Below, piece by piece: positions 39,628-47,599 of a stretch of 64,000 nucleotides of DNA. Location: the NCBI GenBank assembly GCA_043821445.1, contig JBDRCT010000031.1, forward strand, positions 116,871 to 180,870. The letters run 5' to 3'. Position 1 is the stretch's first letter. The number at the start of each line of letters is the position of its first letter. The notes under the pieces were generated by a model that did not search any database, had not been told where the DNA came from, and saw only the letters and a list, made by a program, of their open reading frames with translations. The translations under genes and the position numbers were made by a program. This DNA is from Candidatus Omnitrophota bacterium. Its GTDB lineage: Bacteria; Omnitrophota; Omnitrophia; Omnitrophales; Aquincolibacteriaceae.

Positions 39628-41465
39628 AAAAAACCGACCGATTTTTCGAAAAAAGTGGTCTCGCGATATTTTTATTATCTCTGTGTTTTTCTCGTCCTCT
39701 CATGGCTGCAGATGAAAAACAAGTAGCTCCGGCCCCTCCGGCCAGGGGACAGCCGGTTTCGGCTGAGGAACAACCCTTTCCGGATGACGGACAGCCGATA
39801 CCGATCGTGGCACGGCCGATTGCGCGAGAAGAAGCACCTAAGGTAGAAAGAACGAAAGAGGGGAAATATTACCTGGATTTTAAAGCCGCATCGCTCATCA
39901 ATGTGCTGAACGTGCTTTCTAATCTGAGCGGGATCAATTTTATCGCGGGGATCGAAGTGGCGGATCGGAAGGTCAGCATGACCCTCGACAATGTCAGTCT
40001 TGAGGATGTTCTGCAGTCGCTCGCGTACGGATGCAACGTCAGCTATGATTTTATTCCCGGAAGGAACATCTATCTTTTTCGGGCTAAGTCCGACGCTCCT
40101 AATAAACCAACTTTGCTAACTCGTGTTTTTAAGCTCTATTACATAAGGGTGACCTCCGTTTTAGAAATCGAAGATTCTGGTGGCGGTGGCGGCGGTGGCG
40201 GCGGTGGCGGTGGCGGTGGCGACAGTGGCGGACTTACGACACTTACTGCGCCGAAAGCCGCGGATCTTGGGGGCACGGCGATCGTTGCAGCAGTTGAAAA
40301 GATCCTTTCCGACCGGGGTAAAGTTTCAGTCGATGACCGTTCCAATAGTTTGATCGTGACTGATTCAGATGACCGGCTCAAGATGATTGAATCTGCGATC
40401 GCCGAACTTGACCGTCCTCTGGACCAGGTGCTTATCAATGTGCTCCTGGTCGAGACGTTCGATGATCTTGACCGTACCCTTGGGATCACATGGGGGGACG
40501 ACAATGGCCTTTTAGGGACACTCACAGGTGCTGTTCAAGACACAAATTGGCCGTTCTTTAACGGGCCCGTGGCCGATGGCTCCACCTCATTTTGGAAAAC
40601 AACCCATGACATGTTCAAAAATACAGGAAAGCAGTTCAATCCCGCTCACGATAGCGCTGCCGGAGTTTATAGTACGACCGGCACGAGAGATTTTTCGAGC
40701 TTTCAAGTCGCGATCCATGCTTTGGAGGATGCGAGCAAGCTTAAGATCCTGGCTAAACCCAAGATCCTGGCTTTGGACAATCAGCCTGCTTTGATCAAGA
40801 TTGCGACCAATCAGGCCATTGGCCAGTCGACGTTTACAGAAGCAGGAGGAGCTGGGACCAGTTCCACCGATACCGAGCGTTACGAAGTCGGAACTATCTT
40901 GCGTGTTACACCGCTTATTAATACCGGGGGGCGCATCACGTTAACACTGGAGCCTTCGTTCGCGACGGTGGAACCTTCGGCGATCCGGGTGAGCGGAATC
41001 GGAGGAGGAGCAACGGGAGATCCCACGACGCGCACCGCCAGGACCACCCTGATGGTCAATGACGGACAGACGATCGCTTTGGGAGGCATGCTTTTCAGTA
41101 ATCAATCCCATGACGACAGGAAGGTGCCGTTCTTTGGGAATATTCCCGTGATCGGCAAGGCTTTTTTTACAAGCAGCACTAAATCGATCAAGGACCGGGA
41201 GTTGATCCTTTTTGTGACACCTTACATCATCGCGGATCCTTCCATGCTTCACGATCCGACCCCGCCCGACCGACGATTGGATTTTGAAGATGAAAAGGCG
41301 CCCTTCTGGAAGGTGAAGGGGAAACAATGGTATGAGGAGTTGAAGGACGGTCGAAGGAGGGAGACGGAGTTTGACGATTTTTTTAATCTCCGGAAGAGAT
41401 TGATCGATTCCACGATGGAAAATCTTGATCAGGGCGCAAGGGTACCCGCATCGAGCCAATCTTAA
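39624..41465 (+). CDS. Secretin (PilQ/GspD family) with a poly-Gly linker
   Basis: Signal peptide, N-terminal secretin_N-like domains, a G14-DSGG tract, and a C-terminal secretin domain (LILFVTPYII). Confidence 0.85.
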   Translation: MKKTDRFFEKSGLAIFLLSLCFSRPLMAADEKQVAPAPPARGQPVSAEEQPFPDDGQPIPIVARPIAREEAPKVERTKEGKYYLDFKAASLINVLNVLSNLSGINFIAGIEVADRKVSMTLDNVSLEDVLQSLAYGCNVSYDFIPGRNIYLFRAKSDAPNKPTLLTRVFKLYYIRVTSVLEIEDSGGGGGGGGGGGGGGDSGGLTTLTAPKAADLGGTAIVAAVEKILSDRGKVSVDDRSNSLIVTDSDDRLKMIESAIAELDRPLDQVLINVLLVETFDDLDRTLGITWGDDNGLLGTLTGAVQDTNWPFFNGPVADGSTSFWKTTHDMFKNTGKQFNPAHDSAAGVYSTTGTRDFSSFQVAIHALEDASKLKILAKPKILALDNQPALIKIATNQAIGQSTFTEAGGAGTSSTDTERYEVGTILRVTPLINTGGRITLTLEPSFATVEPSAIRVSGIGGGATGDPTTRTARTTLMVNDGQTIALGGMLFSNQSHDDRKVPFFGNIPVIGKAFFTSSTKSIKDRELILFVTPYIIADPSMLHDPTPPDRRLDFEDEKAPFWKVKGKQWYEELKDGRRRETEFDDFFNLRKRLIDSTMENLDQGARVPASSQS

Positions 41466-41489
41466 GACAGGGGAGTCAAACGAAATCGC

Positions 41490-43184
41490 ATGGGTATTAA
41501 CGCCTTATTGGGTGATATTCTTATCGAGCGTCGGCTCATCAATCTGGAGCAGCTGAGCCATGCCCTTGCCAAACAAAAAGAAACCAAAGAAGCGCTGGGT
41601 CAGATCATGATCCAGTTGGGTTACCTCGATGAGTCCCAGCTCCGGATGGTGCTTTCCGAGCAACTCGGCGTTTCCTTCCTTTCACCCGACCAATTAAAGC
41701 CCCGCATGGATCAGCGTCTCAAGGAGACGATTCCGACCGATTTTGCGCTTGCCAATCTTGTTCTTCCCCTGGATCGTAGCGGGCAGGTGCTTAAAGTGGC
41801 GGTGTCGAAAGTTCACGATCTTATTTTTTTAGATAATCTTCGCAAGATCACAGGCTACGATATCTTAACGGTTCTTGCGACCGAAAGCGAACTTAAGCGG
41901 GCCATCGTAGCGTATTACGGCAGCACGGATTTCCAAGAGGTTATTTCTTCTTCGGAGGTCGATAGCGTTGCGCAAGATTATATCCAGGAACCTGAAGATC
42001 ATAGGGTCGATCTCGAAGCGACCAAAACGGAGGCCGAGAAGGCCCCTGTGGTCAAGCTTGTGGACATCATGATCCGTAAAGCCCTCGAGGACCGTGCGAG
42101 CGATATCCACATCGAACCTGCCCAAGACAAGATCAATATTCGCTACCGCGTGGACGGTGTTCTTTACGAGCTTCCTCCACCTCCCCGGGAATTGCATAAC
42201 GCTATGGTCTCGCGTATCAAGATCCTTTCCAAGATGGATATTGCCGAAAAGCGGATCCCGCAGGACGGTTCGTTCGCTCTTCAGTACCAGGGGCACAAAG
42301 TCGACATACGCGTGTCGACCATGCCCATTATTTTCGGAGAAAAGGTTGTGATGCGTATTCTGGACAAACGCCTGGATCTTTTGGATATGACGGCGCTCGG
42401 TTTTGAGCCGGACCAGCTCGAATATTTCGAAAAGGCGCTGATGCGGCCTTACGGACTTATTTTTATGACCGGGCCGACAGGATGCGGCAAGAGCACGACG
42501 CTTTACGCGGCTCTGAACAAACGTCTTTCTCCGACGATCAATATTTGTACCGTTGAAGATCCGATCGAATACCAGATCGCGGGTATTAACCAGGTCCAAG
42601 TCAAGCCGGAGATCGGCCTGACATTTTCCACGGCTCTTCGCGCCTTTTTGCGTCAGGACCCGGATGTGATCCTGGTGGGGGAGGTACGCGACCTTGATAC
42701 GGCCGAGATCGCCATCCGCGCTTCGCTCACCGGCCATTTGGTGCTCTCTTCGTTGCATACGAACGATGCCGTATCGGCCGTGCTTCGTCTTATCGATATC
42801 GGGATCCAGGCCTACCTTGTTGCCGGAAGCCTGGGACTTGTGGCGGCCCAGCGCTTGATCCGCGTGCTTTGTCCCCACTGCAAAGAACCGTACAAAGTCG
42901 ATTCCAAGATCCAGGATGAGTATAAGATCCGTGCCGAGACCCTCTATAAGGCCACGGGGTGTCCCAAGTGTCGGAAGATCGGTTATTGGGGACGTATGGC
43001 CATTTATGAGGTGATTCCGATCGATCAAGATATCCGGCGTCTTATCACAAAAGAAACGAATCTTTCCCAATTAAGAGAGCTCCAAAAGGAAAAGAAATAC
43101 GAGATTCTTCTCCAGAACGGGGTCAAGAAAGTGGAGCGCGGGCTGACCACTTTGGAAGAGGTCTTAAGCGTGGCTTATGAATGA
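41490..43184 (+). CDS. pilB: Type IV pilus/T2SS assembly ATPase (PilB/GspE family)
   Basis: N-terminal GSPII_E_N domain. Walker A GPTGCGKSTT, Asp box, Walker B DPDVILVGEVRD, His box, and a tetracysteine motif CPHC...CPKC. Confidence 0.88.
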   Translation: MGINALLGDILIERRLINLEQLSHALAKQKETKEALGQIMIQLGYLDESQLRMVLSEQLGVSFLSPDQLKPRMDQRLKETIPTDFALANLVLPLDRSGQVLKVAVSKVHDLIFLDNLRKITGYDILTVLATESELKRAIVAYYGSTDFQEVISSSEVDSVAQDYIQEPEDHRVDLEATKTEAEKAPVVKLVDIMIRKALEDRASDIHIEPAQDKINIRYRVDGVLYELPPPPRELHNAMVSRIKILSKMDIAEKRIPQDGSFALQYQGHKVDIRVSTMPIIFGEKVVMRILDKRLDLLDMTALGFEPDQLEYFEKALMRPYGLIFMTGPTGCGKSTTLYAALNKRLSPTINICTVEDPIEYQIAGINQVQVKPEIGLTFSTALRAFLRQDPDVILVGEVRDLDTAEIAIRASLTGHLVLSSLHTNDAVSAVLRLIDIGIQAYLVAGSLGLVAAQRLIRVLCPHCKEPYKVDSKIQDEYKIRAETLYKATGCPKCRKIGYWGRMAIYEVIPIDQDIRRLITKETNLSQLRELQKEKKYEILLQNGVKKVERGLTTLEEVLSVAYE

Positions 43185-44502
43185 ACCTGTCGCGGGATTC
43201 CCAAAAAAGGATGCGCCTAAAGATCCGGAAGTTCTCTTCGATTGCCAAGTTCGTTCGCGAGATCTTCCGGGTCAAGCCAAGATTTTGACTTTGGAAGCTC
43301 CGTCGAAGGAAATTGCCGTTCAAAGACTTATCGCCCAGGGGTACGTGGTGATCAGCGTCCATGCACAGGGCGAGAAGAAAAGTGGTTTCTGGAACATTTT
43401 TTCAAGGCAATCTTCATCTTCCGGCAAGGCATCCAAAAGAGTTTCAGCCCCCATCTTTAATAGAGTTTCGACGCGCGAAACCATTTTTTTCGGCGTCCAA
43501 CTTGCGACACTTCTTAAAGCCGGTATCCCTCTTCTTCGATCGCTGGAGATCGTTCAAAGGGGGGTCGCGAATCCTTACTTCCGGAAGGTGCTCGGACATA
43601 TGCGCAAGAGGATCACAGAAGGCGGCACGTTCAGTATCGCGCTCCGTACCTATCCCGATGTTTTCCCGTGGGTCTGGATGAATCTTGTGGAGGTTGGGGA
43701 GGCAACGGGAAAGTTGCCGGATTGTCTCGAAGAGATCGTGCATTACCAGGAATCTGCAGCGCGGATCAAAGGCAAGATCATTACCGCATTTTTTTATCCC
43801 GCGATCCTGACCGTTGCGGTGATCGGTGCTCTCACATTCCTTTTGCTTTTTATCGTTCCAAAATTTGCGGCGATCTTTGAGGCACAAAAAATGCCGCTTC
43901 CGGTTTTAACCCAGATCGTCGTGGCCACAAGCAATGTTCTGAGATTTAACTTCCTATGGGTGGCCGGTGCTGTGGTTGCAGTAGGGATCACTTTGGCTTA
44001 CACGAGTAAGGCGGCTTCGATCAAACTGGTGTATGACAGGCTGTCGTTGAACGCGCCTCTTTTCGGGCCGATCCTGTTACAAGTGTCTGTAGTCCGTTTC
44101 ACAAGGTCCTTGGGGACTTTGTTGCGTTCCGGGGTGCAGATCCTTCAAGCGCTTGAGATCTCAGGACGGCTTGTGGAAAATAAGCATCTTGAGGCAAGCA
44201 TCAAGCGTGTGGCCCAGCGGGTCCGGGGCGGGCAGGGACTTGGCCTTCAGCTCGAAGTCCAGAGGATATACCCTGTTTTCGTGACACAACTTATTGCCAT
44301 CGGTGAAGAAAGCGGCCAACTCGACCGTTTTCTGGATTTGTTGTCTAACTACTATGAAGAACAGGTCGATGCGTTTCTTGCGCGCTTGACAACGCTTTTG
44401 GAACCATTCCTTCTGGTATTCATGGGCGGCGTGATCGGGACGATCGTAATCTCGATGTTTCTCCCCATCGTCGAACTGTCGACCCAAGCAGGGATGCACT
44501 AA
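43177..44502 (+). CDS. pilC: Type IV pilus/T2SS platform protein (PilC/GspF family)
   Basis: Two GspF-type repeats with 3 TM helices. About 400 aa; the true start may lie downstream of 43177. Confidence 0.85.
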   Translation: MNEPVAGFPKKDAPKDPEVLFDCQVRSRDLPGQAKILTLEAPSKEIAVQRLIAQGYVVISVHAQGEKKSGFWNIFSRQSSSSGKASKRVSAPIFNRVSTRETIFFGVQLATLLKAGIPLLRSLEIVQRGVANPYFRKVLGHMRKRITEGGTFSIALRTYPDVFPWVWMNLVEVGEATGKLPDCLEEIVHYQESAARIKGKIITAFFYPAILTVAVIGALTFLLLFIVPKFAAIFEAQKMPLPVLTQIVVATSNVLRFNFLWVAGAVVAVGITLAYTSKAASIKLVYDRLSLNAPLFGPILLQVSVVRFTRSLGTLLRSGVQILQALEISGRLVENKHLEASIKRVAQRVRGGQGLGLQLEVQRIYPVFVTQLIAIGEESGQLDRFLDLLSNYYEEQVDAFLARLTTLLEPFLLVFMGGVIGTIVISMFLPIVELSTQAGMH

Positions 44503-45118
44503 AAGGGTGAAGAGGTTATCCACAAAACAAAAAGACCCGTCTTTGTTAAAAGGCTGATATTGGAAGGATTATGGACTTGACAGTAGTTGATAGAAGATGT
44601 AGGGTTTTATTAGTAGGCAAGTGCTTAAAGAATTTAATAAAAATGCCGATGGGCGGGTGAGTGGCAGAAGTTGCCTATGGAAGTTTATTTTCGCCATTTT
44701 TGATCGCGTGCTTGTGCCTGGGGTCGTACTGAAAGATTTGAAATGAAAAAAGGGTGAGAATATCGCAGCGAGAAAAGTTCTTATCCTGGTTGTCGCTATA
44801 GGGTGGGTGCTAATTTTCTTAGCAACCAGGGGTGAATCTATTTCTCTTGGGAAGATGGAGCGCGTGCGGGGTTCTATCCGTTCGGCGCAGATCGTTTCCT
44901 GTGATGTGAAAAAATGCGATGCTCACGAAGTTGCTGTTATGTGCTTGAGTCTTGAGGCCATGATGTTCGGGGATTTCCCGGGGTTCCTCCTTTCCCTTCG
45001 GGCAGTTCCCAAAAATTTTGGCCCAAAGTTAGGCACCGAAAGTGTGTTACTTATCTAACTTTTTTGTCGTGCCAGGTAACATTTTTAACACAAGTTAATT
45101 TTTGAATAGGAGGGGTGG

Positions 45119-45544
45119 ATGAAAAAACAAAAAGGTTTCACACTGATAGAAGTTCTGATCGTGGTGGTGATCATAGGTGTTTTGGCAGCTTTGATCATTC
45201 CGCGGTTTTTAACGGCTCCGGAAAAGGCTATTGTTGCCGAGGCCAACCAGATGCTTGGCAGTATCATCCGTGCACAACAGGCGAACATCGATACGGGCGG
45301 CCCCTTTGTGAGCATTACCGATAATATTACAGTTGCAACCTGGGGCAAATTGCAAATGAATATACCCGGAGCTGCCGTAGTATCCGGTGCTGGCGCGAAG
45401 TTCAACTATACGTGCACCACGCCGAATTGTACGGCCGTACGTACTGGAACTGCTGCTAAATCCGTAGGCCGGAACCTTGCCGGAGTTTGGACCTGCGGCT
45501 CAGATTATACGACGATGACTTATGGAGGATGCACACTTGGTTAG
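45119..45544 (+). CDS. Type IV prepilin / pseudopilin (paralog 1)
   Basis: Class III leader MKKQKG|FTLIEVLIVVVIIGVLAALIIP. C-terminal 4-Cys D-region. Strong AGGAGGGG RBS. Confidence 0.9.
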   Translation: MKKQKGFTLIEVLIVVVIIGVLAALIIPRFLTAPEKAIVAEANQMLGSIIRAQQANIDTGGPFVSITDNITVATWGKLQMNIPGAAVVSGAGAKFNYTCTTPNCTAVRTGTAAKSVGRNLAGVWTCGSDYTTMTYGGCTLG

Positions 45545-45589
45545 TGAGGGCAGTGAATGAGTTTTTAATGCAATAACAAAGGAGGAAGT

Positions 45590-46024
45590 ATGAAAATGAA
45601 GAGAGGGAGCAGAGGTTTTACGCTGATAGAGGTTTTGATCGTGGTAGTGATCATAGGCGTTTTGGCAGCTTTGATCATTCCGCGGTTTTTAACGGCTCCG
45701 GAAAAGGCTATTGTTGCCGAGGCCAACCAGATGCTTGGCAGTATCATCCGTGCACAACAGGCGAACATCGATACGGGCGGCACGTTTATAACCCTTACCG
45801 ATAATGCGACAACTGCGACGTGGAACAAATTGGGCATGCAGCAACCCAATGCTGCTGTAGTATCCGGTGCCGGTGCAAAGTTCAACTATACGTGCACCAC
45901 GCCGAATTGTACGGCCGCACGTACTGGAACTGCCGCCAAATCCGTCGGTGTAAATCTTGGCGGAACTTGGACTTGCGGTTCGGATTATACGCTGTTGGCT
46001 TATGGAGGATGCACATTAGGGTAA
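45590..46024 (+). CDS. Type IV prepilin / pseudopilin (paralog 2, mosaic copy of paralog 1)
   Basis: G|FTLIEVLIVVVIIGVLAALIIPRF. About 120 nt at the N-terminus and about 100 nt at the C-terminus are identical in DNA to paralog 1. The central region is divergent. Confidence 0.9.
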   Translation: MKMKRGSRGFTLIEVLIVVVIIGVLAALIIPRFLTAPEKAIVAEANQMLGSIIRAQQANIDTGGTFITLTDNATTATWNKLGMQQPNAAVVSGAGAKFNYTCTTPNCTAARTGTAAKSVGVNLGGTWTCGSDYTLLAYGGCTLG

Positions 46025-46235
46025 AGTAGTATCCTGGAACGCCTTTTTAAATGAGTATTAGACACCCTGGGGCGGGTCGGTTTTTTGACCAGCCCGCTTC
46101 CGGGGGGTTCTTCAAAAAAAATAGGGCGATCCGGAGAAAAAGAGACGGTTTTAATCTATAGGATTGGTTGCTGGCCTTAGGTTGTAGGGTTTTCCACTTT
46201 TTAAAATGCTCAGTAGTGGGAGAGGACACGCTCTG

Positions 46236-46610
46236 ATGAAAGTCGAAAAAGGTTATACGATGACTGAGATTTTGATCGTGGTGGTCGTCCTTGGGATGTT
46301 GGCGGTCATGATCATCCCGCGTTACACCGGTCAAAGTGAGCGTGGGCTCGTTGCCGAGGCGGTCGCGATGCTTGGCAACATCCGTCAGGCCGAAGTGGCT
46401 TACCAGCTCGAGAATGCAGCGTTCACCACTAATTTGGCCAGCCTTGATATTGACACCTCGACTTCGACGAAGTTCACTTTCACAGTGAGTACGGCCGGAG
46501 CTGCGACCGCCGTGCGTACACCCGGCGGCGGCACGACCTTTAACAGCAAAACGATCATTTTAGATATTGCCGGAACTTGGTCTGGGGACCATCCGTTTAG
46601 GCCCATTTAA
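46236..46610 (+). CDS. Type IV prepilin-like protein (paralog 3, divergent)
   Basis: MKVEKG|YTMTEILIVVVVLGMLAVMIIPRY leader and hydrophobic helix. No Cys pair. The ORF track starts at 46206. Confidence 0.8.
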   Translation: MKVEKGYTMTEILIVVVVLGMLAVMIIPRYTGQSERGLVAEAVAMLGNIRQAEVAYQLENAAFTTNLASLDIDTSTSTKFTFTVSTAGAATAVRTPGGGTTFNSKTIILDIAGTWSGDHPFRPI

Positions 46611-46688
46611 TGCCCCTTTCGAAGGATCCCAAAAGAGCAGGCGGTTGATGTCCTCGCGGTCTGTCCTTGTCTTTCATTCATTTCCTAA

Positions 46689-47504
46689 ATGGTTGACAAG
46701 GACTGCCCCAATTTCGCGAGGCCGAAATTGATAAAAATTAGGACTGTCCTGATTCTCGAAAGACACGGAGGCCCGTGGGCGCCTTTGTTGACGGATTATC
46801 TAAGTGACATGCCGGCGGCCGTTTCAGTGATCGAAGAACCCGCGCAAGCCGCGCTCCATTTCGACAAGATCCTTCCCAGCGTTCTTTTCTCCGAGCCCTG
46901 TTTCTTAAGCAAGGCTTTTCTCCAAAAGATCAAAGTCCGTAAGAATACGGACCCGATGTTCCGGTTTTGCCTGCTCGGCGAACCTCCGGCGGGCGAAAAA
47001 ACAATTCTTTTTGATGCGGTTTTTCCGGCCCTTCCGTCCCAGATCGATCTCAATAGACGTTTTGTCGAAATGCTTCCGACACCTGAGTCCCTGCGGCTTC
47101 TGGTCGTCGATGATGAGGAAGAGATCGGGACAGTGGTCCGGGATTATTTTCATGGGCGAAAAGATCCCGCCTTCGTGATCACATGCACCGCGAACGGCAA
47201 GGAAGCGCTCGAAAGGGTTGCGCGCGAGCGCCCGGATGTGATCATCCTCGACATCAAAATGCCCGTGATGGACGGCCGCGAATTCTACGCAAAACTTAAG
47301 GCAACGAAACTCGAGATCCCTGTGATCGTTTTCTTCGATTCTATTTCCGGTGAGGAACTTTCCGAGATGCGCCGGTTTGGTAATCCGGCGGTGATCGAAA
47401 AAGGCGATAAGGGAAGCTCCCTCGGAGCGATGCTGCTCTTGGTGAAAAAGCTGGCATATTTCAGCAGACAAGAGACCGGGACCCCGGGGCATGAGAGATT
47501 TTAG
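46689..47504 (+). CDS. Response regulator, receiver domain only, with an N-terminal pseudo-receiver-like extension
   Basis: C-terminal REC (LLVVDDEEEIG...DVIILDIKMPVMDG...) with no output domain. The N-terminal ~130 aa is REC-like but lacks acidic pocket residues. Confidence 0.75.
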   Translation: MVDKDCPNFARPKLIKIRTVLILERHGGPWAPLLTDYLSDMPAAVSVIEEPAQAALHFDKILPSVLFSEPCFLSKAFLQKIKVRKNTDPMFRFCLLGEPPAGEKTILFDAVFPALPSQIDLNRRFVEMLPTPESLRLLVVDDEEEIGTVVRDYFHGRKDPAFVITCTANGKEALERVARERPDVIILDIKMPVMDGREFYAKLKATKLEIPVIVFFDSISGEELSEMRRFGNPAVIEKGDKGSSLGAMLLLVKKLAYFSRQETGTPGHERF

Positions 47505-47599
47505 GGAAACAAAAGCGTTTCAATCTGCAGGCGGTTTGGTCTCGGAGGTTCACAAGATCACCCGGAGATTTCCCAAATCCCAAAGAGGAGATTCAGTCA

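Noticed and set aside
40181-40222. A GGY repeat tract, considered as a possible CRISPR or microsatellite locus
   Set aside because: It lies in frame inside the secretin gene and encodes a poly-Gly linker, so it is treated as a coding repeat. No CRISPR repeat-spacer architecture exists anywhere in the window.
41865-43070. 401-aa ORF on the minus strand
   Set aside because: It is antisense to the well-supported PilB/GspE ATPase gene and has no recognisable domain.
44640-44660. Sigma54-like TGGCAG...TTGC motif upstream of the pilins
   Set aside because: The spacing between the GG and GC elements is 3 nt rather than the required ~5, and it lies >450 nt from the pilin start.
44807-45058. 83-aa ORF in the long pilC-pilin intergenic region
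   Set aside because: It has no RBS, biased Val/Gly/Ser composition and no homology signal. It is more likely non-coding leader sequence.
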